Assembly: GCA_963754875.1 (NCBI GenBank)
Contig: CAVWHO010000016.1
Span: 576,001 to 640,000, forward strand
Reading direction: 5' to 3'
Length of the DNA stretch: 64,000 nucleotides
Origin: Nitrospirota bacterium
GTDB taxonomy: Bacteria; Nitrospirota; UBA9217
Translations under genes and position numbers: made by a program
Part shown: positions 30,142 to 39,807 of the stretch, in pieces
Position numbering within the stretch: the stretch's first letter is position 1
Layout: every line of letters begins with the position of its first letter
The notes under the pieces: model-generated
Seen by the model: the letters and a program-made list of their open reading frames with translations, nothing else
Told to the model about the DNA's origin: nothing
The model's database searches: none

Positions 30142-30167
30142 AAAAGGCGGTGATTGCTCACCGCCTT
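30142..30167 (-). terminator. Intrinsic terminator after the small membrane protein pair
   Basis: AAGGCGGTGA-TTGC-TCACCGCCTT perfect stem with a U-tract on the minus strand. Confidence 0.7.
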
Positions 30168-30211
30168 CTTGGTAAACTCTGCAGCCCTTTCTTCCGCTCA
30201 TACTTCTCGTC

Positions 30212-30529
30212 TTACGCCTTTTCCGCGACCGCCTTCCGTTCTCTGACTGCCGCGGGAGCTGCTACCACAAAGCCGATCGCCGTACCCATGAGGCCGCCTA
30301 CCACGAGGCACACGGCCGCCGCGCAGGAGATGCCGACTACGATACCCATCACGATCGCCACTCGCACGAAGAGGGTCGGTTCCACCATCCCGCCCAGCAG
30401 CTTCTGGAGCAGGATCAGCGTCCCATAGGACCCGAAATAAAATCCCGGCATGATGCCGAACACCAGAAACACCAGCCCGCCCATTGTTGCACCGATCTTC
30501 ATCCCTGTTTTTACTGTCTCGTTTTTCAT
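30212..30529 (-). CDS. Small Gly-rich membrane protein (paralogue 2)
   Basis: 105 aa, GxxxG-rich hydrophobic helices; AAGGAGA RBS. Confidence 0.75.
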   Translation of the reverse strand: MKNETVKTGMKIGATMGGLVFLVFGIMPGFYFGSYGTLILLQKLLGGMVEPTLFVRVAIVMGIVVGISCAAAVCLVVGGLMGTAIGFVVAAPAAVRERKAVAEKA

Positions 30530-30531
30530 GA

Positions 30532-30846
30532 CTATCTCCTTCCGGCCGCAGCCAAAGTATTCTCCTGGACGGACGTGCCGACAGCTGCGCCGACGAGCCA
30601 TCCAATGGTCGATGTTGCAGTTACAATCACGATCCCCGCTACAAGGACGCCCAGAAGCATTCCCATAAGGACAACCACTCTGGAAAGAAGCCCCGGTTCG
30701 AGAGGAAGCCCGAAGAGCAGGCCGGCGATTTGGATCCCTGCCGCGCCGCCGAGAAGACTACCGGGGAGTAATCCAAACAGTCCGAACAGCACCAACCCCG
30801 CTCCTGCACCGATGTAAGCACCCGATTTTGTCATTGTGGTCTTCAT
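30532..30846 (-). CDS. Small Gly-rich membrane protein (paralogue 1)
   Basis: 104 aa, shares the IGA.GLV.F..FG..PG...G..G...L.EP....RV pattern with its neighbour; AAGGAGGA RBS. Confidence 0.75.
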   Translation of the reverse strand: MKTTMTKSGAYIGAGAGLVLFGLFGLLPGSLLGGAAGIQIAGLLFGLPLEPGLLSRVVVLMGMLLGVLVAGIVIVTATSTIGWLVGAAVGTSVQENTLAAAGRR

Positions 30847-30885
30847 TTTCGTATCCTCCTTTGTGTTCAGTCTTGCTTTCGTAGT

Positions 30886-30902
30886 TGCATCATGTGTGCC
30901 AA
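30886..30902 (-). promoter_or_regulatory. Sigma54 (-24/-12) promoter
   Basis: Minus strand TTGGCACACATGATGCA, 40 nt upstream of the start at 30846. Confidence 0.7.
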
Positions 30903-31209
30903 AAGGTAACGCGCTGAATTTTCAAGAAACACAGTGCGAGGAGCTTTTGCAGAAGTGAGAAGGCAGGTGCTTTTTTTTTAGAGATGCGAAAATGTGTTGC
31001 AGATTGAAGGGGGAAAATGCGGCTTTATTTAAGTCAATAAATATCGCAACAGATGAACTACGGGGCAACAGGTACGCACTTATCTGAAAAAAAGCGGTTG
31101 ATATGAATATGCGCAACTTGGAAGAGCCCTTCCCTCTGCCAAGGGGTGTTCGATGGGTGATTTCAGTTGGATTTCAGAGGTAATAAATTTTCGCTGCACT
31201 ACCTCAGGA

Positions 31210-32172
31210 TCAACCCCGCAGATGGCAGTCTACGAAGTGGCCGCCTCCGAGGTCAGTGGTCCTCGGTACGATCTTGTCGCAGGGTTCGAAGCGGTAGATG
31301 CAGCGGGTGTGGAAGCGGCAGCCGGGCGGGATCTGGGTCGGGCTCGGGATATCTCCCTTGAGCAGGATGTGCTTTTTCCTGAGCGTTGGGTCCGCCACCG
31401 GGATGTCGGCCAGCAGCGCTTCGGTGTAGGGATGCGAAGGATTACGGTAGATCGCTTCCGCGGGCGCCTGTTCCATGATCTTGCCGAGGTACATCACAAC
31501 GACCTTGTCGGAGAAGTGGCGCACGATGTTGAGATCGTGGGCGATGAACAGGAAGGAGAGTTTCAGTTCATCGCGCAAATCTTCAAGGAGATTGATGATC
31601 TGCGCCTGGACCGAAACATCGAGCGCAGATACAGGCTCGTCCGCCACGATAAACGACGGTCCGCTCGCGAGCGCCCGGGCAATGCCGATGCGCTGCCGCT
31701 GGCCGCCGGAAAATTCATGCGGGTATCGCCGGAGCGCGTCAACGGGCATTCCCACCTTTGCAAGCAGCGCCGCCCCCCGCTCTTCAAGCTCATGGTCCTT
31801 TGCCAGGCCGTGGATTACCAGGGGCTCGGTGATGATCTCCTGGATCCGCATGCGGGGATTGAGGGACGCAAAGGGGTCCTGAAAGATGATCTGCATGTTC
31901 TTTCGGAGCGACCGAAGTTCCTTTTTCCCGAGCAGATTGAGGTTCCTGCCGTCGAAGTACACGTTGCCCGAAGTCGGCTCAAGGAGCCGGAGCGCGAGCC
32001 TGCCCAGCGTGGACTTGCCGCAGCCACTTTCTCCCACGAGTCCTACTGCCTCCCCGCGGGCAACGGAGAGCGTAACGCCGTCCACGGCCGTGGCCTCGAG
32101 CTTTTTCCCGAACCCGGCCTTCACGGGGAACGTTTTTTTTATCTTGTCTATGACGAGAAGTTCGTTGGCCAT
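31210..32172 (-). CDS. oppF: Oligopeptide/dipeptide ABC transporter ATP-binding protein (OppF/AppF)
   Basis: GESGCGKST, IFQDPFASLNPR, PHEFSGGQRQR, DEPVSALD, GCRFHTRC. Confidence 0.9.
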   Translation of the reverse strand: MANELLVIDKIKKTFPVKAGFGKKLEATAVDGVTLSVARGEAVGLVGESGCGKSTLGRLALRLLEPTSGNVYFDGRNLNLLGKKELRSLRKNMQIIFQDPFASLNPRMRIQEIITEPLVIHGLAKDHELEERGAALLAKVGMPVDALRRYPHEFSGGQRQRIGIARALASGPSFIVADEPVSALDVSVQAQIINLLEDLRDELKLSFLFIAHDLNIVRHFSDKVVVMYLGKIMEQAPAEAIYRNPSHPYTEALLADIPVADPTLRKKHILLKGDIPSPTQIPPGCRFHTRCIYRFEPCDKIVPRTTDLGGGHFVDCHLRG

Positions 32173-32390
32173 AATAAATTTCTTAAGTCATCGCCTCAGA
32201 TCAAGAAAACAAAACTAAAAGCAAACTAAAAGCATTGAACCGTGAAGGACGCGAAGGTTTTAAGGTCTTAAAAAGCGGGAATTCATGTTTTCCTCGCGCT
32301 CTTAGCGCCCTGGCGGTTCCATTGTGTTATTGCGACGCCTCGTTAAAGACTCTTTTCTTCTTGTTCAGATTCGTTCGAACCGGATTTGTT

Positions 32391-33351
<961 letters not shown>

Positions 33352-33365
33352 CGAGGGGGCTCCGC

Positions 33366-34082
33366 TCAGGAATTTTGGGTTTTTACGAAATTCAAGTATG
33401 TTCGAACAGCAGGATTGTCGGGATCAATCACGAGCGCTTCGCGCCATTCTTCTTCGGCGAGACCGTAAAAGCCCTGTGAATAGTAGGTGACGCCGAGGTG
33501 CAGGCGTGCGGGAATGTACTTAGGGTTGCATGTCTTGGCGTGGTTGAATTCCTTGATCGCTTCATCGAACATCCCTTTGTCGCGATAGGCGATTCCAAGA
33601 TGAGTGATGATGTCGGCAAAGTCCGGAGAAAGGCGGAGGGCCTTCTGGTATTCTTCTATCGACTCGTCCAAAAGGTGGAGGTCGTAATACATGTTCCCGA
33701 GCCGCAAGTGCTCGTCGGAAAGCTTGCCCTTCACGAAGGGATCGATGCCCGAAGTCGGGGTCTTGCCGGCCTGGTCCGTAAAGTGGGCAGCTCGTTCAAA
33801 GACCTCGCGCGCCTTTTCATATTTCCCGAGATCGCTGTAAGTGATCGCCAGGTTAAGCGAGGCCTCGGTATATTTGGGGTTCAGGGCAAGGGCTTTTTCG
33901 AAGGTGCGTGCCGCGAGCTCGAGCCGGTTGGTCTGGTTGTAAATGATGCCCAACTTATTGAGAATATCAGCGAAGCCGGGATGGGCATCCAGAAAATCCC
34001 TAAAAAATTGCTCCGCTATCGCAAACTCTTTTTTTTCGAATGCCTCAGTGCCCTGTTTGTACAGTTCATCGAGCTTTGACAT
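33366..34082 (-). CDS. Tetratricopeptide repeat protein
   Basis: Repeated LG..Y...G....A...F..AL..NP units. Confidence 0.85.
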   Translation of the reverse strand: MSKLDELYKQGTEAFEKKEFAIAEQFFRDFLDAHPGFADILNKLGIIYNQTNRLELAARTFEKALALNPKYTEASLNLAITYSDLGKYEKAREVFERAAHFTDQAGKTPTSGIDPFVKGKLSDEHLRLGNMYYDLHLLDESIEEYQKALRLSPDFADIITHLGIAYRDKGMFDEAIKEFNHAKTCNPKYIPARLHLGVTYYSQGFYGLAEEEWREALVIDPDNPAVRTYLNFVKTQNS

Positions 34083-34608
34083 GGTTACCCCATCACCCCT
34101 GAGCGCGTCTGGAATTCAGTTTGTGTTAAAAAAATTTATCACACCTCGCCATAATATGTCAATGGAAAACCAAGAGAAGTTTTTGGCTCTTTCGTAGGGT
34201 CGATAAGTTATGCAAACTGATTTACACCATGTCGGAAGGAAGTACGCTCAGGAGAAATTAAAACTATTTTCGTTCTCGCTAAGCGGAACGGCTGCCAAAA
34301 CAGAACATGTTTATTTTTCATATCGTAGCCGCACCCTTTAGGGTGCGTTTGTGCCGGTCGAGCCCTTTTTGAATGATAGCCCGCCAATGCTTGTTTCACC
34401 CTTTCGCATTTTTCTTCTCCCTTTCCCCTCCTGAAGATTTAGCTGCTTTGACCTTTGAATATTTTCGGTTTTAAACGGAACTCATGGCGCAATCTAACTG
34501 TGGTTTCTTGGCAACAAAGCAACAAGAATGAAGTCTTTTTTACCACAGCTATAATACTTTATAATTTTTCAACATTCTGATTCTACAACGATTTTTAGCA
34601 TTAGTTCG

Positions 34609-34624
34609 TGGCATGCGGATTGCT
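34609..34624 (+). promoter_or_regulatory. Sigma54 (-24/-12) promoter of lpxC
   Basis: TGGCATGCGGATTGCT 30 nt before the ATG; upstream TGT-N12-ACA-like sites at 34499-34547. Confidence 0.7.
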
Positions 34625-34653
34625 ATAATTATTTGTGTTGAGGGGAAAAAACT

Positions 34654-35559
34654 ATGATCAGATTTCAACGGACATTAAAAACCAAAATACCCTGCGATGG
34701 AATCGGCCTCCACACCGGCAAACCGGTCAGGATGACGCTTAAGCCGGCGCCGGCTGGCACGGGCATCGTGTTTCTCCGGACCGACCTGGGAGACGCCGAG
34801 GTCAAGGCTGTCGCTGCCAATACCGCGTCAACCGGCTATGCAACTTCTCTCTGCCAGGAGAGCGTGTCTGTGAAGACCGTTGAGCATTTGCTCGCGGCAT
34901 TCGCCGGGCTCAATATCGACAATGTCGTCGTTGAGCTCGACAGTGAAGAAGTCCCGATCATGGACGGCAGCGCCCGTCCTTTTGTGCGGTTGATTGCCGA
35001 AGCGGGCATTCGGACCCTGGAAGCGCTTCAACCCGTGCTCAAAATCATCAAGCCCGTCTTCGTACGTGAAGGCAACAAGCAACTGGCCATGTGGCCTGCG
35101 GAAACAACAAGCCTCTCCTATTTTATCGATTTTAACCACCCGATGCTCAAAGAGCAAAGCCTGCAGTACCAGCCGACGGAAGAAGCATTCCTTCGCGAAG
35201 TGTCCGATGCCCGCACCTTCGGGTTCATGAGCGACGTCAAGGCCCTTCAGGCAAATGGTCTTGCAAAGGGCGCGTCATTGGAGAACGCTGTGGCCCTCGG
35301 CGAGGACTCTGTGCTGAACAAAGACGGGCTGCGGTACAAGGATGAGTTCGTGCGGCACAAGATCCTGGACCTCATCGGAGATTTGTCGCTCCTGGGCATG
35401 CCAGTCATCGGCCACATCGTAGCGCACAAATCCGGACACGCCTTGAACGCACAGATGGTAAGTAAGCTTCTCAACACGCCCCACAGCTGGGTCCTGCTGG
35501 GCTCAACCCCGGAAGCAGCAATCAGCCAGACGGAGCAACTCCGGCACGCTACCCTATAA
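34654..35559 (+). CDS. lpxC: UDP-3-O-acyl-N-acetylglucosamine deacetylase
   Basis: QRTL, GIGLHTG, TVEHLLAA, EVPIMDGSA, ARTFGF, RHKILDLIGDL, KSGH. Confidence 0.95.
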   Translation: MIRFQRTLKTKIPCDGIGLHTGKPVRMTLKPAPAGTGIVFLRTDLGDAEVKAVAANTASTGYATSLCQESVSVKTVEHLLAAFAGLNIDNVVVELDSEEVPIMDGSARPFVRLIAEAGIRTLEALQPVLKIIKPVFVREGNKQLAMWPAETTSLSYFIDFNHPMLKEQSLQYQPTEEAFLREVSDARTFGFMSDVKALQANGLAKGASLENAVALGEDSVLNKDGLRYKDEFVRHKILDLIGDLSLLGMPVIGHIVAHKSGHALNAQMVSKLLNTPHSWVLLGSTPEAAISQTEQLRHATL

Positions 35560-35582
35560 CGTCATCGTCCCCACGAAAAAGG

Positions 35583-35615
35583 AAAGCCGACGCCCTATAC
35601 CCGCGTCGGCTTTTT
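35583..35615 (+). terminator. Intrinsic (possibly bidirectional) terminator after lpxC
   Basis: AAAGCCGACGC-CCTATACCC-GCGTCGGCTTTTT. Confidence 0.75.
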
Positions 35616-35635
35616 CATTACAATGCTCGCAAAAA

Positions 35636-36367
35636 CTATTTAAGTTTGCGGTATCCTTTATATCCCAGCGTGTCCTTGTGACTGCCCTCCTTGACTTCCT
35701 TCTCAAAATCATCTTTCGCTTCCTTAAAGTCCTTGGGCGACATGTCCTTTCCGGGATGCCCCGTGTCATAAACGACAAAATCCGCCTCTTGCACTTCCTT
35801 CGCGAATTCATCGGTCGTCATGGGCGAGTAACGGGTCGTTGCATTCCAGCCCGGGTAGATTCCCTGCTGCAATAAATATATTTTACCTGCCTCAAAATGG
35901 AGCCGCGCCGTGTCCGTATTGTCCGCATGGGAGATCACGTAGTGCGCGCCGGGAGTCACGTCGGTAGTGAAAGTACCCCGCAGCAGAGCTGCGGGGCATC
36001 TGGCCTTGGAACCTAAAGATACATCGAAACAAGAGGCTAATCCTGACTACGTCAGGATGTCCTTTTCATCCCAGCAGCAGAGCTGCTGGGTATTTCAGGA
36101 CGCTTTTATAAAAAATTCTTTGCGGTGGGTCTGGCCGATCATTTTCCCGTCAAGGTAGTTGTCCACAACGCTGCCCCAGCCAAAGGACGTGGTCCGTATG
36201 ATGACGAGCACGGCTTTGTTCGATTTTGCAGCAATCGATGGCTTGCGCTCTTGTGGGACCATGTGAAATTTGGGACCGCACGCACCCAGGAATAAAGACA
36301 ACATCACGATTGCTGCCGCCACTGCGTACTTCATCCAAGAATACCTTGATCCGGAAACACTGTTCAT
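35636..36367 (-). pseudogene. Lipoprotein gene (DUF2846-like) interrupted by a 141-bp insertion
   Basis: AAGGAGG RBS, lipobox LGAC; removing 35967-36107 yields continuous ...YLDGKMIGQTHRKEFFITDVTPGAHYV... Confidence 0.75.
35967..36107 (-). mobile_element. Non-autonomous IS200/IS605-type palindromic element (MITE/PATE)
   Basis: Inserted 3' of TTTAT, ends in TTCAC, no target duplication, two related subterminal hairpins. Confidence 0.75.
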
Positions 36368-36482
36368 CTGTGACCTCCTTGATAAATTTTTGGTACGTAG
36401 CCGCTTCGTCTGCTGTCGGCGCAAAAATACCGAGAATCACCAAACGAACACACTCATGACTGGCTGTACTGCAGGTGAGGCA

Positions 36483-37157
36483 TTAACCCGTCTTTCTTAA
36501 AAACTCCTCCATGATCGCGACGCCGGAGCTCGTGCCGATTCGTTCCGCCCCTGCTTCGATCATCGCTGCTGCCGACGCAAGGTCCTTTATCCCTCCCGCT
36601 GCCTTAATGCGGCACGCCGGCCCGATCGTCTGGCGGATCAGCTTTATATCGTCGACTGTGGCGCCGCGCGGCCCATATCCCGTGGAGGTCTTGATGAATT
36701 CAGCATTGGACCGCACCGCGATCTGACACACCCGCACGATCTCGTCGGACGTGAGGCTCCCGGTCTCGATGATGACTTTGTGGACCCTCTGGGGCGTCAT
36801 TGCAATAACGTTCTTGGTGTCGACTTCGGCGGCGTCGAAGCGGCCCGATTTTACCATGCCGATGTTCATCACGATGTCGAGTTCGACGGCGCCGTTTTTG
36901 ACGGCCTCCATGGCTTCAACGATCTTCACCGTCGTCGTGCTTGCCCCGTGGGGGAAACCCACGACGCAGCAGACTTTGACCAGCGATCCGGACAGGAGGT
37001 CGCGGGCGCGGGCAACGTTGCAGCTGTTCACGACAACACAGGCAAAACCGTATTTCTTCGCTTCCTCACATGCCTTCGCAAGGTCGTCCAGCGTAGCGTC
37101 GGGCCGGACCAGCGTATGGTCGATGACATACGCTAACTGGCCTGCGTCTTTAAACAT
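36483..37157 (-). CDS. deoC: Deoxyribose-phosphate aldolase
   Basis: IDHTL, VVGFPHG, ELDIVMN, KVIIETG, FIKTSTG, IKAAGGI, RIGTS; own ATG with AAGAGG RBS. Confidence 0.9.
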   Translation of the reverse strand: MFKDAGQLAYVIDHTLVRPDATLDDLAKACEEAKKYGFACVVVNSCNVARARDLLSGSLVKVCCVVGFPHGASTTTVKIVEAMEAVKNGAVELDIVMNIGMVKSGRFDAAEVDTKNVIAMTPQRVHKVIIETGSLTSDEIVRVCQIAVRSNAEFIKTSTGYGPRGATVDDIKLIRQTIGPACRIKAAGGIKDLASAAAMIEAGAERIGTSSGVAIMEEFLRKTG

Positions 37158-38006
37158 GCGAGAACCTCTTTCTTGTAAGCCTGAAGCAGCAGCGGCGGTG
37201 ACCGGACCGGGCTTGCCGGTTCCGATGGTTTTCTTGTCGATCTTCGTGACCGGCATGATCTCCATGGTCGTGTTCGTGATGAAGCACTCATCGGCGGCAT
37301 GAAGCTTTTTCGGCCGCAGGAGCTGCTCCTTGACCGTTATTTTTTTCCGTTCCGCAAGACGGAGCACCAGGTCGCGCGTGACTCCTTCAAGGATGCCGGT
37401 GTCCAGATGGGGCGTGTACAATACTCCTTTTTTGACCAGAAAAATATTGCTGATGGTCCCTTCTGCAACATAGCCCTGCCAATTGAGCATGATCCCTTCA
37501 AAAGCACCGGCCTTCTTCGCCTCGATCTTGGCGAGGATATTGTTCAGAAAGTTGGTGCCCTTGATGGAGGGCGGCAGCGCGAGCGGATGGTTACGCCGTG
37601 TTTTCACGATGGCCACGGCCACGCCGCGTTCGAAGTATGTTGCCGGATAATCGTGGAACGGCTTGGCAGTGATCACCATGGTGGGCGCAGCACAAAGGGC
37701 CGGATCGAGGCCGATCTCTCCGGGGCCGCGCGAAATATGGAGCCGGACGTAGGCGTCCCGGAGCTTGTTGACGTTCAGCGATTCAATCAGCGCATTGCGG
37801 ATTTTTTCGGGCGAAAGCGGAAGTTTGAGGGAAATAGCGTCGGCAGAATGCTTCAGGCGGGCAAGGTGTTTCTTGAGAAGGAAGAACCGGCCTCCGTATG
37901 CCCGCATGGTCTCATAGATGCCGTCGCCGTAAAGAAAGCCGTGGTCAAAAACGGAAACCAGCGCCTTTTCCTTGTCGACAAAATTACCATCAATATACAC
38001 AAGCAT
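37133..38006 (-). CDS. Class IV aminotransferase (IlvE/PabC/Dat family); an indel near 37190 fuses it to deoC in the ORF track
   Basis: VFDHGFLYGDGIYETMR, HLARL, IKGTNFL, AEGTISN, ILEGVTR, ADECFIT, PGPVT. Confidence 0.85.
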
Positions 38007-38080
38007 GGTAAAAAAGTATCATTATTGGCCAAGCGTGTCAAGGAGGAAAGGGACGGGAAATGCGCGGCCTGTTGATCAGT

Positions 38081-38869
38081 TCATCGCCCCGTTTTTTCAT
38101 GGAGCCACCGTACGAGGACCGGTACCATTTTTCTTGGGGCAGTTCTCACGCTGAACGCAAGAATTTTATTCAAGACTCCATGGACAGCCACGGTCCTGCC
38201 TTTCTGCATGGCTTCGTACCCATAACGTGCAACAGCCGCGGCCGAGGCGGGTTTCGTAAGGGTAAAGAGATTCGTGCGTTCCATTCGCGCAGCGGTCGCA
38301 AAACCGGTGTCCGTGGGACCGGGGCAGAGCGCGGTGACCGTGACGCCGGTGCCCTTCAGTTCGTTCGCAACAGCTTCCGAGAAGGATAACACATAGGCCT
38401 TCGACGCATAATAGACCGCCATAAAAGGCCCGGGCTGAAACGCGGCCGTAGACGCCACATTAACGATCCTCCCGCTCCTTCGCTCGACCATGCCCTGCAC
38501 AAAAAGTTTTGTCATCCGGGTCAGCGCGGTGATGTTGACCGCGATCATCTTTTCCTCTTTCGGCCAGTCTGTCTCGCTGAACGCGCCGTGGTCGCCGAAC
38601 CCTGCGTTGTTGATCAGGATGTCTGGGCTGATATTCTTGCTCTTGAGCTCGCCATAAATTTCTTCCGCTGCACCCGATTTCGAAAGGTCCTTTTCGATGA
38701 TGAGGACCGAGACCGGGGCTGCTGTTTCGAGTTCCTTTTTGACTTCAGCAAGCCTATCCCTGTTCCGCGCCACAAGCAAGAGCATGCTGCAGTCCTGTGC
38801 GAGGAGCTTCGCAAATTCATAGCCTATGCCGCCCGAAGCGCCGGTGATTAACGCTGTTTGGTTTTTCAT
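38081..38869 (-). CDS. Short-chain dehydrogenase/reductase
   Basis: TGASGGIG, NNAG, YYASK, CPGPT. Confidence 0.9.
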   Translation of the reverse strand: MKNQTALITGASGGIGYEFAKLLAQDCSMLLLVARNRDRLAEVKKELETAAPVSVLIIEKDLSKSGAAEEIYGELKSKNISPDILINNAGFGDHGAFSETDWPKEEKMIAVNITALTRMTKLFVQGMVERRSGRIVNVASTAAFQPGPFMAVYYASKAYVLSFSEAVANELKGTGVTVTALCPGPTDTGFATAARMERTNLFTLTKPASAAAVARYGYEAMQKGRTVAVHGVLNKILAFSVRTAPRKMVPVLVRWLHEKTGR

Positions 38870-38946
38870 ATTGGGGCCCTCTTCTATGATAGCTCCCTTG
38901 TCCTGGCTCCAGCTGAAGCGGGAGGAGCAGTTAACGCCGCTCACCC

Positions 38947-39735
38947 TTACGTCAATTCCGCCCGCAAAACGGTGACCGCCTTCCCGCTCAGGATCACCCG
39001 ATCGCCAGCAACGCGTACCTGCACCTCTCCGCCCCGGCGAGACGCCTGATAGGCATGGAACGAATTGCGTTTGAGCCTCTTCTGCCAGTACGGCCCGAGA
39101 CAGCAGTGTGCCGAACCGGTAACAGGATCTTCGTTGATGCCCACGGCCGGGGCAAAAAAGCGGGAAATGAAGTCATACTTCCGGGAGGGGGACTGCGCTG
39201 TCACAATCACGCCGCGCATGGGGATTGCTTTAAGCGCCGTAAAATCCGGATCGAGATTTCGAAGAACATCCTCCGACTCGATCTCGACCAGATAGTCAAA
39301 ACGGTTTTTGCCAATGTAGCGGGGGGCAACATCAAGCGCTGCAATCAGCTCCGGAGGAGGCGCAATTGTTGTTTCAGACTCTGCAGGAAAATCCATCTCT
39401 ATCCCGTCGTCCTTCAGGCGCGCAGTGAGCAGCCCGCTCCTGGTATGGAACCGTGCTTCCTCATCGGGTTGGAGATGCCCGGCCTCCCACAGCACATGGG
39501 CGGAAGCAAGCGTTGCATGGCCGCGGAGGTCCACTTCGGTCTCCGGTGTGAACCAGCGGAGATCATATCCATCGGGCCGCTTGAGCAAAAAAGCAGTCTC
39601 CGACAGGTTCATTTCCCGAGCCACGTTCTGCATCCATCCACCATCCCGCAGCTCTTCAAGAATGCAGACCGCTGCGGGGTTGCCGGTAAACGGCTTGTCA
39701 GTAAAAGCATCGACTTGTATGATCTGCTGGCCCAT
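38947..39735 (-). CDS. PhzF family isomerase
   Basis: VDAFT..PFTGNPAAV, EMNLSETAF, RWFTP, EDPVTGSAHC. Confidence 0.9.
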   Translation of the reverse strand: MGQQIIQVDAFTDKPFTGNPAAVCILEELRDGGWMQNVAREMNLSETAFLLKRPDGYDLRWFTPETEVDLRGHATLASAHVLWEAGHLQPDEEARFHTRSGLLTARLKDDGIEMDFPAESETTIAPPPELIAALDVAPRYIGKNRFDYLVEIESEDVLRNLDPDFTALKAIPMRGVIVTAQSPSRKYDFISRFFAPAVGINEDPVTGSAHCCLGPYWQKRLKRNSFHAYQASRRGGEVQVRVAGDRVILSGKAVTVLRAELT

Positions 39736-39807
39736 GGATCAAGTATACCAGAAGCAAGACGTCGGGAAATCCGTGGGGTCCGTGCCGGTCAGGAGAATGG
39801 CCAAAAC

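Noticed and set aside
32236..32320. Purine-rich/pyrimidine-rich short repeat tracts (also about 19822-19905 and 55884-55915)
   Set aside because: These are degenerate intergenic hairpin-type repeats, too loose to define boundaries or function by eye.
36483..38006. 507-aa aminotransferase-DeoC fusion in the ORF track
   Set aside because: A shifted frame near 37190 gives a normal aminotransferase ending (LLQAYKKEVLACLKTQAS*), and deoC has its own RBS and ATG. It is most likely an indel artefact.
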